Shown: positions 22,947 through 33,074, numbered from the stretch's first letter. The stretch is 64,000 nt of DNA from Flavobacteriales bacterium (GCA_023251095.1 JAHEZL010000001.1:131871-195870), one strand, 5' to 3'. Numbers and translations: made by a program. Notes: a model not told the origin generated them from the sequence alone.

Positions 22947-23000
22947 AAAAATAAAAAGTTCATCCCGAATTTAAAAGGATGGCCTGCTTTTTTATCAACA
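22947..23000. repeat. 54-bp imperfect direct repeat, copy B
   Basis: See copy A; minus-strand TATTTTTG (22946-22953) is a perfect -7 element. Confidence 0.85.
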
Positions 23001-23043
23001 CAACTTATACAAAAAGAGATCGTTTTAATTTAAAAGAACTACT

Positions 23044-23178
23044 ATGAAGAAGGTGTGGATTGTTGCGGTGCTGTTGATATTGGTAGTGGGCTTTGAAAGT
23101 TGCGCTTCCAAATACTGTGTAGGCGGTAAATCAAAATACAAAAGAATGAAGAGAGATACGACGATGATGGTGTTTTAA
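23044..23178 (+). CDS. Small 44-aa lipoprotein (not in the ORF track)
   Basis: MKKVWIVAVLLILVVGFESCASKYCVGGKSKYKRMKRDTTMMVF*; basic N-terminus, hydrophobic core, lipobox Cys; A-rich upstream region. Confidence 0.7.
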   Translation: MKKVWIVAVLLILVVGFESCASKYCVGGKSKYKRMKRDTTMMVF

Positions 23179-23221
23179 TTTGTCAGGATTTCATACTTTT
23201 CCCGACGAATAGTAAAAAACC

Positions 23222-23716
23222 ATGAAAAGTTTAATCATTCTATTTCTTTCCGGCAGTGTGTTTATCGTCGCCTGCGCAAAAAACAAAATTGAAAACTCCA
23301 CAATGGAAAGTGTTTTCAAGGAAATAAATACAAATAGTGATTATACTTTTTACAAAAACGACTCCAGCATACTTCCTTCTTCCCCGGAATCTGCTCATAC
23401 TGCATTCTTTCGCGTCCGCTTCAATGCAAAGGCTGCTTCTGCTTTAACCGATAACGGCAAACTTCCGGTTAACGGAACTTTTCCTGAAGGATCTATCATC
23501 GTTAAGGATTTGTACAACACACAAAACGGCGCCAAGGTACTTTACTCCGTTTTGAAAAAAGATAGCAGCAATCCCAATAGCAGCAATGGTTGGCTGTGGA
23601 TTGAGTACGAACCAAATGGAAAGGAAATATACAATATCAATGATAAAGGCGCCGGCTGCATAAGCTGCCATTCTAATAACGACAGAGACAATGTGCGGCT
23701 GTTCAATTTGTTTTAA
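23222..23716 (+). CDS. Cytochrome P460 family lipoprotein
   Basis: Lipobox IVAC; FPEGSIIVKD, GWLW.EY, C-terminal CISCH haem-binding motif. Confidence 0.8.
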   Translation: MKSLIILFLSGSVFIVACAKNKIENSTMESVFKEINTNSDYTFYKNDSSILPSSPESAHTAFFRVRFNAKAASALTDNGKLPVNGTFPEGSIIVKDLYNTQNGAKVLYSVLKKDSSNPNSSNGWLWIEYEPNGKEIYNINDKGAGCISCHSNNDRDNVRLFNLF

Positions 23717-23806
23717 ATGCGATTATAAATCGCTTTAACTTTCGTTTCAGATTAAAAATCTGAAACTACCACTCCCGCCAATTGTTAAAAGCTTGTTCAT
23801 TAAAAT

Positions 23807-23839
23807 ATTTGAATAAGCCGATGCCCTCAAGTACATTTG
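23807..23839 (+). promoter_or_regulatory. Bacteroidota -33/-7 promoter
   Basis: TTTG (23807-23810), 21-nt spacer, TACATTTG (23832-23839). Confidence 0.7.
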
Positions 23840-23866
23840 CAGCATTCTAAAAAATAAATCAACCAT

Positions 23867-24523
23867 ATGAAATTCTTCATCGACACAGCCAACCTCGCAC
23901 AAATTAAAGAAGCCGCAGATTTAGGAGTATTAGACGGTGTTACCACCAATCCTTCCCTAATGGCGAAAGAAGGAATCAAAGGCGATGCAGCTGTGTTGGA
24001 GCATTACAAAAAAATATGCGATATCGTTGACGGAGCCATCAGCGCTGAAGTAATCGCTACCGATTACGAAGGAATGATCAAAGAAGGAAAAATCCTCGCC
24101 GCCCTTCACCCTAACATCGTAGTTAAAGTTCCAATGATAAAAGACGGCGTGAAAGCCATCAAATATTTTTCTGAAAACGGAATCAAAACCAATTGCACTT
24201 TAATCTTCTCAGCCGGACAAGCTTTATTGGCGGCCAAAGCAGGCGCCTCCTACGTTTCTCCTTTTATCGGAAGATTAGATGACATCTCTCAAGACGGGAT
24301 GTTGCTGATTGAAGAAATTCGTTTGATTTTCGATAATTACGGATTTGCTACTGAGATTTTGGCTGCATCTGTTCGTCACAGTGCGCACTTACTGAAATGC
24401 GCGCACATCGGCGCTGATGTAGTGACTTGTCCGCTAAACGTTATCACTTCTTTATTGAATCACCCACTGACCGATTCAGGATTGAAACAATTCCTTGCCG
24501 ACCACGCCAAGGTGAACGCTTAA
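23867..24523 (+). CDS. fsa: Transaldolase / fructose-6-phosphate aldolase family (TalC/Fsa)
   Basis: [22 protein letters not shown] (Schiff-base Lys), [17 protein letters not shown]. Confidence 0.92.
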   Translation: MKFFIDTANLAQIKEAADLGVLDGVTTNPSLMAKEGIKGDAAVLEHYKKICDIVDGAISAEVIATDYEGMIKEGKILAALHPNIVVKVPMIKDGVKAIKYFSENGIKTNCTLIFSAGQALLAAKAGASYVSPFIGRLDDISQDGMLLIEEIRLIFDNYGFATEILAASVRHSAHLLKCAHIGADVVTCPLNVITSLLNHPLTDSGLKQFLADHAKVNA

Positions 24524-24527
24524 TTCC

Positions 24528-25148
24528 ATGTTGCTAAATATCCACCCTGACAATCCGCAGGAAAAACACATTCAAACCGTTGTTGATTGTTTGAAAGCTG
24601 GTGGTGTTATCATTTATCCAACCGATACCATTTATGCTTTCGGCTGCGATATCATGAATAAAAATGCAGTGGAAAAAATCTGTCAGCTCCGCGACATGAA
24701 ACCTGAAAAAGCTAATTTTTCTTTTGTGTGTCACGATTTGAGTCAGCTATCGAAATACGCTAACCAACTCGACAATTCTACATTCCGCTTGATGAAGAAA
24801 GCCCTTCCCGGCCCTTTCACTTTCATATTGGAAGCAAGCGGTGAAGTACCCAAAATATTTAAAGTCAAAAAGAAAACCATTGGAATTCGTGTTCCCAACA
24901 ACAATATTTGCTCGCAAATAACTGCCAAACTGGGCAATCCCATCATGAGCGCGTCCTTAAAAGCCGACGATGAAATACTGGAATACCTCACCGATCCTGA
25001 ATTGATTTATGAGAAATATGAAAAGCTGGTGAAACTGGTGATCAACGGAGGTTATGGGAATAACGAACCTTCAACGGTAATTGATTGCTCGCAAGGAGCT
25101 CCTGAAATTTTAAGAGAAGGGATAGGGAATATTCATCAGTATCTTTAA
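24528..25148 (+). CDS. Sua5/YciO/YrdC family protein (threonylcarbamoyl-AMP synthase-like, YciO type)
   Basis: IHPDNPQ, YPTDTIY, LPGPFTFIL, IGIRVP, PSTVID. Confidence 0.9.
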   Translation: MLLNIHPDNPQEKHIQTVVDCLKAGGVIIYPTDTIYAFGCDIMNKNAVEKICQLRDMKPEKANFSFVCHDLSQLSKYANQLDNSTFRLMKKALPGPFTFILEASGEVPKIFKVKKKTIGIRVPNNNICSQITAKLGNPIMSASLKADDEILEYLTDPELIYEKYEKLVKLVINGGYGNNEPSTVIDCSQGAPEILREGIGNIHQYL

Positions 25149-25166
25149 GCAGAGCCCGAAGAGAGT

Positions 25167-26060
25167 CTACTTCTGCATTATTTTAGTATAGCGATTGCCA
25201 TTCCCCGGATCAATCTTAGTCAGATACTCCATCATTGCCTGCCTGTCGCTTACGCTATCGTCTTTATAAAGATTAATGATTTCCTGATTTTTGGCGTCAA
25301 AAAAAACTTTGATGGAATAAGAGTTTGGTTTTCGTTTGATCACCGCTTCCAATAATTTAATGGCTTCGGTAATGGATTGACGGCCTTTCTCCGTTTCTTT
25401 TGCCATGACATCCAAACCTAAACGATGGTACTTATAATTACAAACGCGTATCGGCTCATACACTTCATTCATTAAATTCTCCATTAACCAATAGCGGTTT
25501 TTAGTTCCGTCGGTAGCTTTCCACCCTTGTGCAGCAACGTTTTGCGCATTATTGATAATGTTTTGCGCTTTTGAAAAATAATCGGTTCCGCCTTTCAGGG
25601 AAAAACTGTCGTAATCAAAACCAATCATCACATAAGCATAGTAAGCCAGCACAGAGGTAAGATTGGAGATGTACTCATTGTCGGAATAATCCAGTGTTTG
25701 CGAAGGCGTATAACTAAAACTAAAATCATTGTCGTTGATATCGAGCACCATCGATTTATAGGTCGTACCATACACCGGGCGGAACAACTGCACCTGCAAA
25801 GTTGCAGTAAACTGATCACTAGCAGGAGCGCCATTCACGCTGATAAATAAATTACAATCTATTTTCTCCTCAATGGAAAAAACATCGGAAGTCCATTTCC
25901 TGTTGTTCATGAAATCGGAAATATCCTTTTTGAGCTTTTGAAAAAGAGAAGCGTCGATACCTTGCACCTGAGCAGAATTCAAATCTACTTTGCAATTCAA
26001 TTCCTGAGCAAAGGACAATTGTGTTAAACCCAATAATATCAATAACAGTATGCGTTTCAT
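25167..26060 (-). CDS. porD: DUF4835 family protein (T9SS PorD-like)
   Basis: AQELNC.V, F.NNRKWT, RPVYG, NLTSVLAYYAY..IG.DYDSF, YHRLGLD; usual position after coaBC. Confidence 0.8.
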   Translation of the reverse strand: MKRILLLILLGLTQLSFAQELNCKVDLNSAQVQGIDASLFQKLKKDISDFMNNRKWTSDVFSIEEKIDCNLFISVNGAPASDQFTATLQVQLFRPVYGTTYKSMVLDINDNDFSFSYTPSQTLDYSDNEYISNLTSVLAYYAYVMIGFDYDSFSLKGGTDYFSKAQNIINNAQNVAAQGWKATDGTKNRYWLMENLMNEVYEPIRVCNYKYHRLGLDVMAKETEKGRQSITEAIKLLEAVIKRKPNSYSIKVFFDAKNQEIINLYKDDSVSDRQAMMEYLTKIDPGNGNRYTKIMQK

Positions 26061-27268
26061 TAAAGAGATTTCGATTTTAAAATTTTCGCGATTTTATGGA
26101 CAATGTCGGAAGCTACTTCTTTTTTCGACTTTGACTCAAACGATTCAAGGGAAGAGTTATTGTCGACAAACACCACCTTATTTGAATCAGCACCGAAACC
26201 TTTGTTTTGCGCATTCAAGGAATTCAGCACTATAAAATCAGCATTTTTTCTTTTCACTTTTTCTTTGGCATTCTCTACTTCATTCTCGGTTTCCAGGGCA
26301 AATCCAACCAATACCTGTTTTGCTGTTTTCACCGAACCCAAATGCAATAAGACGTCTTTTGTTTTAGTAAGGGAAAGAGAAAACTCATTTTCCTTTTTCT
26401 TTATTTTCTGATCGGCTTTACTTACAGGCGCGTAATCTGCAACAGCAGCGGCCATCACAGCGACATCAACGTTTTTAAATTCAGAAGAACAAACAGTATA
26501 CATCTCTTCTGCAGAAACAATATCCACACGTTTTATTCCGGGAACTTTTGTGGTGATATCCGACGGGCCAATCACCAAGGTCACCTCTGCTCCATTGCGC
26601 GCCAGTTCTTCGGCGATGGCAACTCCCATTTTACCCGAAGAATGATTGCCTACAAACCTAACAGGATCAATGGCTTCATAAGTTGGTCCGGCATTAACGA
26701 GCGCTTTCTTTCCTTTTAGTTTTTTTTCAGTCAGCTGAGATTTAATGTGCTCCGCAATTTCCTCCGGTTCAGCCATACGCCCTTCACCAATCAAGCCGCT
26801 TGCCAGTTCGCCATAGCCCGGCTGTATCATCTCATTGCCAAAAGATTTCAGTTTTTCAATATTCTCCTGAGTTGCCGGATGCTTGTACATATCCAGATCC
26901 ATGGCCGGAGCGAACAACACCTGACATTTTGCCGACAGGTAAACCGCCATCAGTAAATTATCGCAAGCACCGTGCGCCATCTTGCTCAGCGTATTGGCAC
27001 TTGCCGGAGCAATTACCATCACATCGGCCCACAAAGCTAAATCAACATGATTGTTCCAGGTGCCGTCTTCTTTATTGGAAAATGCCGACAGTACCGGATT
27101 TTCGGAAAGGACGGATAAAGTGAGAGGGGTTATAAAATCAAATGCGGAAGGAGTCATTACAACTTTCACTTCCGCATTTTCTTTTTTTAATATTCTAACG
27201 AGGTACGCTACTTTATACGCAGCGATACTCGCGGTAACACCAATCAGTATTTTTTTGCCTTTAAGCAT
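26060..27268 (-). CDS. coaBC: Phosphopantothenoylcysteine decarboxylase/ligase
   Basis: SIAAYK, APASAN, PAMD..M, GEGRMAEP, AGPT.E.IDPVR, SSGKMG, AAVADY, GFALET. Confidence 0.96.
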   Translation of the reverse strand: MLKGKKILIGVTASIAAYKVAYLVRILKKENAEVKVVMTPSAFDFITPLTLSVLSENPVLSAFSNKEDGTWNNHVDLALWADVMVIAPASANTLSKMAHGACDNLLMAVYLSAKCQVLFAPAMDLDMYKHPATQENIEKLKSFGNEMIQPGYGELASGLIGEGRMAEPEEIAEHIKSQLTEKKLKGKKALVNAGPTYEAIDPVRFVGNHSSGKMGVAIAEELARNGAEVTLVIGPSDITTKVPGIKRVDIVSAEEMYTVCSSEFKNVDVAVMAAAVADYAPVSKADQKIKKKENEFSLSLTKTKDVLLHLGSVKTAKQVLVGFALETENEVENAKEKVKRKNADFIVLNSLNAQNKGFGADSNKVVFVDNNSSLESFESKSKKEVASDIVHKIAKILKSKSL

Positions 27269-27291
27269 AGAAAGACAAAAAATGAAGGGTA

Positions 27292-27648
27292 TTAATCGTT
27301 GTTTTCTTTTTCTTTCTCAATCTCTGCTTTTTGTTCAGCAGAAGGGTTTCTGAAGTAAATTTCTCCGTCTTCCCACTCTTTAGAAGCGATCAATACCGGC
27401 TTAGGCAAACGCTCATAAAACTTAGAGATTTCGATTTGCTCACGGTTTTCAAAAACCTCTTCCAAGCTGTCGGAAGCTGTAGCAAACTCCTCTAATTTTT
27501 GATTCAATTCTGTTTTCAAATCAACACCAACCTGATTGGCTCTTTTTGCCAAAACATTGATTACTTCATAAATGTTACCATCTTTTGAAAAGGCATTAAC
27601 ATCTCTTGTAATGGTGGAATGGGCTGCTTTAGTTTTCTTGTAATCCAT
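27292..27648 (-). CDS. rpoZ: RNA polymerase omega subunit (Bacteroidota type)
   Basis: GNIYE...AKRANQ...L..KL.EF...LEEVFENREQIEISKFYERLPKP; lies between bamD and coaBC. Confidence 0.9.
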   Translation of the reverse strand: MDYKKTKAAHSTITRDVNAFSKDGNIYEVINVLAKRANQVGVDLKTELNQKLEEFATASDSLEEVFENREQIEISKFYERLPKPVLIASKEWEDGEIYFRNPSAEQKAEIEKEKENND

Positions 27649-29344
27649 GGCTACGTTTTGTTAAATTTTCAATTTTACTTTTCACCTGCTGCTCTACTTT
27701 GCCTACAGACTGTAAGATCAGCGGGTTTTTAAAATTCATTTTTTCAATCTTCTGAATCTGCTCCAAAGCTTGCTGACAGAGCTTTAATCGCTCGTATCTT
27801 TCACTCTTTTTTGCCAGTTTAAATTCAGAAACAGCCCACAAATATACAATTTCATCCTGATATTTTCCCATCTTATTTTCCAATAAATAGATTTGTGCCT
27901 GCGACCTCACCCAATCGTATTGTTTTTTGTCGAACTGTTGCTGGAACAATGTCAACGGATAAGCATCTATTCGTTGCTGCGCCAAAGCCAGTAAATCCGA
28001 GGCTTTTTTCTCATACAAGGAGCCTTTTAAACGAGGAGCTTTGTCTTTGAATCCGTCTACCAAAGTGCGGTAATTTTCACAGCGACTGAAAATAGAAGAT
28101 TTTTCGGCAGCTTTTATTTCTGCATCCAATCCTTTAACAATAAACTTTTGAGCAAGAGCTTCGTCCGTCAGCACAGCCGCATATTCATAATAGTACTTAG
28201 CCGCCTTTTCAAAATTGAGTGAATTGTAATATTCATCCCCCATAATAGCAGGCAATTTTTTTATGGAATTATCGGCTGTTTGATATTTCAATGCTATTTC
28301 CCTGAAATACTCTGATTTAGCAAAGACTTCATTGCTTTTATATTCTTCAAACAGGGTTCTGAATTTAGTCAGTTCCAAAGCTCTTTTATCAGGCTCAACG
28401 CTTTGAGCATGCAAGTACTGCCCTTTCAGTTTGTAATGAATCATTTCAGCCGACTTATCGGGAAACTCACCCGAGGTCAGCAACTGATCAAAGCCCATAT
28501 TGGCCTGTGCATAATCTGCTTTGTTGAAATAATAAATCGGTAACTTGTAACGCAAGTGATTGATTTTTTCTTCGCTCTTTTGTTTTAGTTTTTGCAGCTC
28601 GGGAAGCTTAGATGATTTAGGGTGCGTTTTCGCAAATTTATCCACATACACCGCCACCTGACGGAAGCGCTCAATTTGCTTTTCTTCAATACTTTTTTCG
28701 GCATAATCATAAGTGGCCATAGCCATCATGTAGCGCATTTCTTCGGTATGTTTTGAATCGGGAAACTCCTTGCAAAAATTATCTCCTGCAACCACACTGG
28801 AACGGTATTCTCCAATATTAAAATACAACTTGGCGGTTTCAAAGGATTTTTTCTCAAGCTTATATTGCAGCTCATCCACACTGTTATTGGCCAACTCCGA
28901 GTATTTTCCTTTGGGATATTTTTCTAAAAACAACTGGAATTCATCGATGGCTTTTAATGTATACTCCTGATCCAGACTATAATCGGGAGAGAATTTAGTG
29001 TAACACACCCCTATCATGTATTGCATTTCCTCAGCATGTTCGCTGCGCGGGAAAGATTGAGCAAAATGACGAAACTGGTAAGCTGCCGTTAAATAATCTT
29101 CCAGATAATAATCGCAATAAACCCAATAATAATAAATGGTTTCGGTTTTTGAAGTCCCCCTGAAAGCCTGCAAAAGTTCTTTGAATAATTCGGATGCTTT
29201 CTCGTAATCCTTGTTTTCATAGTACTTCTGAGCCATTTCGTACTTGTAATCATAATTGGTGCTTTGCTGCACTTTCTTATAATTATCGCAAGAGCCGCAA
29301 AGAGCAACCAACAGGAAAAGGAAAACAAACTTCTTAAAAATCAT
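27629..29344 (-). CDS. bamD: Outer membrane protein assembly factor BamD with long C-terminal helical extension
   Basis: Lipobox CGSC; KY..A..YY..KDY, SP.YSLDQ.YT.KAI..FQ.F...YP, KL.KK.FE.AKLY; upstream of rpoZ. Confidence 0.85.
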   Translation of the reverse strand: MIFKKFVFLFLLVALCGSCDNYKKVQQSTNYDYKYEMAQKYYENKDYEKASELFKELLQAFRGTSKTETIYYYWVYCDYYLEDYLTAAYQFRHFAQSFPRSEHAEEMQYMIGVCYTKFSPDYSLDQEYTLKAIDEFQLFLEKYPKGKYSELANNSVDELQYKLEKKSFETAKLYFNIGEYRSSVVAGDNFCKEFPDSKHTEEMRYMMAMATYDYAEKSIEEKQIERFRQVAVYVDKFAKTHPKSSKLPELQKLKQKSEEKINHLRYKLPIYYFNKADYAQANMGFDQLLTSGEFPDKSAEMIHYKLKGQYLHAQSVEPDKRALELTKFRTLFEEYKSNEVFAKSEYFREIALKYQTADNSIKKLPAIMGDEYYNSLNFEKAAKYYYEYAAVLTDEALAQKFIVKGLDAEIKAAEKSSIFSRCENYRTLVDGFKDKAPRLKGSLYEKKASDLLALAQQRIDAYPLTLFQQQFDKKQYDWVRSQAQIYLLENKMGKYQDEIVYLWAVSEFKLAKKSERYERLKLCQQALEQIQKIEKMNFKNPLILQSVGKVEQQVKSKIENLTKRSHGLQEN

Positions 29345-29383
29345 TTTTCAAAAATAGATAAATCAGTTCAGCAAACGCAAAGC

Positions 29384-30238
29384 TTACGACATTATTTGCA
29401 TCGCTCTTTGCTGAGCTTCAGAAAACAAGGTTTTGTTGAGGAACAATGCATTGCCCTTCGACTCTAAAAAACGAACGATGTTTTCGGTGGCCATATTGCC
29501 CACCAAATCGTCCTTCGCCATCGGACAACCGCCAAAACCCTTGATAGCACCATCAAATCGGCGACATCCTGCATCATAAGCGGCTTGCATTTTTTCCTCC
29601 CAGTTGTTGGGATGACTATGTAAATGCACACCCAACTCCACTCCTTTTAAATTGCCCACCAACGTTCCCATTAAACTTTTTATAGATGCTTCGTTTGAAC
29701 TTCCTATCGTATCCGACACCGCCATGATCTCCACTCCCAATGCTTTTAATTTCAAGGCCCACTCCAAAACAATTTCGCTGCTCCACTCCTCTGCGTAAGG
29801 ATTCCCAAAAGCCATGGATAAATAAACCACCGCTTTTTTATCGGAAGCCGAACACAAATCCAAAATCGCCTTCACCCTGTCGAGAGATTGCTCTCTGGTG
29901 GAATTGGTATTCCTGAGCTGAAACTGTTCTGAAACTGAAAAAGGAAATCCTAAATAGGTAATCTCTTTGTGTTTACACGCATCTTCGGCACCACGCTCAT
30001 TGGCGATGATGGCGAGCAATTTGGTTTTGCTTGCCGACAAATCCAGTCTCGCCAACACTTCTGCAGTATCCTTCAACTGAGGAATAGCCTTTGGAGAAAC
30101 AAAGCTCCCGAAATCCAGAATATCAAAACCCACCTTTAACAAGAGATTGAGATACTCCGCCTTTGTTTCGGTTGGAATAAAATCATGAATGCCCTGCATG
30201 GCATCTCTCGGACATTCTATTAAAGTAATTTTCTCCAT
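29384..30238 (-). CDS. Hydroxymethylglutaryl-CoA lyase
   Basis: ECPRDAMQG, GSFVSPKAIPQ, DTIG, HLH, GFGGCP.A, GNMATE. Confidence 0.9.
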   Translation of the reverse strand: MEKITLIECPRDAMQGIHDFIPTETKAEYLNLLLKVGFDILDFGSFVSPKAIPQLKDTAEVLARLDLSASKTKLLAIIANERGAEDACKHKEITYLGFPFSVSEQFQLRNTNSTREQSLDRVKAILDLCSASDKKAVVYLSMAFGNPYAEEWSSEIVLEWALKLKALGVEIMAVSDTIGSSNEASIKSLMGTLVGNLKGVELGVHLHSHPNNWEEKMQAAYDAGCRRFDGAIKGFGGCPMAKDDLVGNMATENIVRFLESKGNALFLNKTLFSEAQQRAMQIMS

Positions 30239-31269
30239 TATTTATTGGCCAGCGCCTTGTTTATTTGTTTGATCAAACCCGGACCCTCATATATAAAACC
30301 GGTGTACAACTGCACCAAAACAGCCCCGGCATTCAGTTTTTCCTGCGCATCTGCCGCCGAATGAATTCCACCAACCGCTATCACCGGAATTTCTTTTCCT
30401 AAACGAGAACACAAATAAGCAACAACTTCTGTTGATCTTTGGGTTAAAGGCTTACCGCTTAAACCTCCTGCACCAATATTTTCAACCACCGATTTTTCAG
30501 TGCTCAACCCCTCTCTGCTGATGGTGGTATTGGTGGCTATAATTCCTGAGAGTTTTACCTCTTTTGCAATAGCTACAATATCGTCCAACTGAGTATCCGT
30601 GAGATCAGGAGCTATCTTTAAAAGTAAAGGTTTACTTTTTTGTTTTAAATTATTGATATATTGTAATTTAACTAAAATATTTTTCAACGAATCCTTGTCC
30701 TGTAATTCCCTTAATCCGGGCGTATTCGGAGAACTTACATTCACCACAAAATAATCCACATAATCAAAGAGCGCATGAAAGCATTTTTCATAATCATTTA
30801 CCGCTTCTTCATTCGGAGTTACTTTATTCTTTCCGATATTCCCTCCGATGATCAAAGAAGGATTTCTTTTTTTCAATCTCAGCACAGCAGCCTCAACGCC
30901 TTCGTTATTGAATCCCATTCTGTTGATCAAAGCATTGTCCTTTGGCAATCTGAAGGATCGCGGTTTGGGATTTCCGGGCTGACCCACAGGAGTCAGGGTT
31001 CCTATTTCAATGAATCCGAAACCGAAACAAGCCAGCTCATCATACAACTTCGCATCCTTATCAAAGCCTGCAGCGAGTCCAACCGGATTTGGAAATTTTA
31101 ATCCGAAAACTTCCCGCTCTAAATTTTTATTTTTATAATTATAAATTCCTTTTATACAGCTTTTTACAAAAGGTATCTCGCAAATAACTTTAATTGAAGT
31201 AAACGCTATGTGATGCGCTTTTTCAGGTTGAAATAAAAACAAAACGGGCTTTACAATTCTTTTATACAT
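30238..31269 (-). CDS. pyrD: Quinone-dependent dihydroorotate dehydrogenase
   Basis: [48 protein letters not shown]. Confidence 0.96.
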   Translation of the reverse strand: MYKRIVKPVLFLFQPEKAHHIAFTSIKVICEIPFVKSCIKGIYNYKNKNLEREVFGLKFPNPVGLAAGFDKDAKLYDELACFGFGFIEIGTLTPVGQPGNPKPRSFRLPKDNALINRMGFNNEGVEAAVLRLKKRNPSLIIGGNIGKNKVTPNEEAVNDYEKCFHALFDYVDYFVVNVSSPNTPGLRELQDKDSLKNILVKLQYINNLKQKSKPLLLKIAPDLTDTQLDDIVAIAKEVKLSGIIATNTTISREGLSTEKSVVENIGAGGLSGKPLTQRSTEVVAYLCSRLGKEIPVIAVGGIHSAADAQEKLNAGAVLVQLYTGFIYEGPGLIKQINKALANK

Positions 31270-32516
31270 CAGTCGATTTTATTCTCTATTAAATGTGTTT
31301 CAAATTTTTTCATCACTTCTTCCACAGGCAAAGTGTTTTCAAAATAGCTCAGCAACTGTTGCAGCACTTTATCCACTGTTGAATCGGGACAGGAAGCGCC
31401 GGAAGTCAAAATAATATTCAGCACCTCCTTTTTAGGTAAAAAATCCTTTGTCGCTACATGCTCCTTACTATGGTACAAAAAGTGGCGGATCAGGTTTTCA
31501 TTCACTATTTCTTTTTCCGAGGAGATGAAATAGGTTGGAAATTTCGTTTCACACAACTCAACGAGATGAGTGGTATTGGAGGAATTGTACCCACCAACCA
31601 CTATCGCTATATCTGCAGGAAGTTCCATCAGCGCATAAGTTGCACTTTGGTTATCGTTGGTTGCATAACACAAAGAATCTCTGGTATCGGCAAACACTTC
31701 TTTAAAATCTTTCACCTCAAAAACATTCTCCATCACCGTTTTTAAATAGGCCGCTATGTCTTTGGTTTCGGTGGCCAGCATGGTAGTTTGATTGACCACA
31801 CCTATTCTTTTCAAATGCTTGTCTACATCAAAATCGAGGGAATACTTCCCTTTAAATATTTTATAAAATTCATCTTTTGGAATAGCACCTGAAATGATTT
31901 TACCCAAAATTTCAGCCTCCTCATGATCGCGGAGAATTAAAGCCGGACCGTATTTAGCCGCGTGGGAAAAGGTAGCGCGGGTTTCTTCGTGGTTGTATTT
32001 GCCATGAATCAAAATAGAGTAATTGTCGTCACCCAGTCTTTTCGACATCTTCCAAACCCTTTCTACAAAGGGACAGGTAGTGTTGTATCGGTAAGGATCT
32101 ATGGCCAGACTTTTCAGTTTTTCTTCTATCTCCAGAGTGGTTCCAAAAGCTGGAATCACCACTATGTCATTCGAATTCAATTCGCTCCACTCCACAATAT
32201 GATCCCCCAAAGTGTCCATCAGAAAGCGAACACCGCGGTTGACTAAATCTTTGTTCACTTCGGGATTGTGTATCATTTCCGACAATAAGAATATGCGCTT
32301 GTCGGGATTTTCCTCTATTGCCCGGTAAGCGATTTCAATGGCATTTTCAACACCATAGCAAAACCCAAAGTGGCGGGCAATGAAAAAACGAATGGGTCCG
32401 AAATCCAGAATCGTAGGAGAATAGTCCTTTTTACGCGGATCGGCATCTTTTCGTAATTCCTTTATCCGGGAGATTATCGGACTTCTGTAAAACTCAGGGA
32501 CGTCAAATTTTTTCAT
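31269..32516 (-). CDS. ispH: 4-hydroxy-3-methylbut-2-enyl diphosphate reductase
   Basis: GFCYGV, IHN, TCP.V, HEE, NQTT, LC.AT..NQ, VVGG.NSSNT, TSGASCP; start set at ATG 32516. Confidence 0.93.
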   Translation of the reverse strand: MKKFDVPEFYRSPIISRIKELRKDADPRKKDYSPTILDFGPIRFFIARHFGFCYGVENAIEIAYRAIEENPDKRIFLLSEMIHNPEVNKDLVNRGVRFLMDTLGDHIVEWSELNSNDIVVIPAFGTTLEIEEKLKSLAIDPYRYNTTCPFVERVWKMSKRLGDDNYSILIHGKYNHEETRATFSHAAKYGPALILRDHEEAEILGKIISGAIPKDEFYKIFKGKYSLDFDVDKHLKRIGVVNQTTMLATETKDIAAYLKTVMENVFEVKDFKEVFADTRDSLCYATNDNQSATYALMELPADIAIVVGGYNSSNTTHLVELCETKFPTYFISSEKEIVNENLIRHFLYHSKEHVATKDFLPKKEVLNIILTSGASCPDSTVDKVLQQLLSYFENTLPVEEVMKKFETHLIENKID

Positions 32517-32612
32517 CTGGATTTTAAATCGTGAACAAAAATAAAGATAAACCGCCGACGAAAAGAAAAAACCTTCTATATTTATCAAGAGTATAATTCA
32601 CAAAGGTTTACC

Positions 32613-33074
32613 ATGATAAAATTCGCCTTTATTTTTTGTGCAGGTTTGTTATTGATAACGGGCTTTGCCGCCCCCGAAGGAAATTGCAAGCTGGAATACG
32701 ACGGACTGTATTATTCAAAAATCGACAGCGACTATTTTGCTTACATTAAATTTTACGAGGACGGAACGGTTTTGCACACTACCTCTATTGAGAAAATCGA
32801 CGAAGTCACCAAGTTCTTCACCAAAGAATACAAAACCAATGTTTTATCGGGAACCTACTCTTTTGGCAAATGCAACGTAGCGTTTAATGTTTTCGGAAAA
32901 ACAGGAACCATGAAATTCAAGGGCGATCTGGAAGGAGACACCTTATACTTAAAGGCCGCAAATGTGCAGGATCACACTTCAAGCGAAATGAAATTCGCTT
33001 ATTACGATCCGGCTTACGAAGCAAGCAAAACAAAACAAAAAACGAAGGTTAAACCTAAGTCCAAGTCTAAATAA
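32613..33074 (+). CDS. Hypothetical secreted protein
   Basis: Signal peptide, beta-rich body (YIKFYEDGTV), Lys-rich tail. Confidence 0.65.
   Translation: MIKFAFIFCAGLLLITGFAAPEGNCKLEYDGLYYSKIDSDYFAYIKFYEDGTVLHTTSIEKIDEVTKFFTKEYKTNVLSGTYSFGKCNVAFNVFGKTGTMKFKGDLEGDTLYLKAANVQDHTSSEMKFAYYDPAYEASKTKQKTKVKPKSKSK

Noticed and set aside
29384-32516. ispH-pyrD-HMG-CoA lyase as a dedicated isoprenoid pathway unit
   Set aside because: Unrelated housekeeping genes are often co-transcribed in Bacteroidota; nothing else supports a functional link
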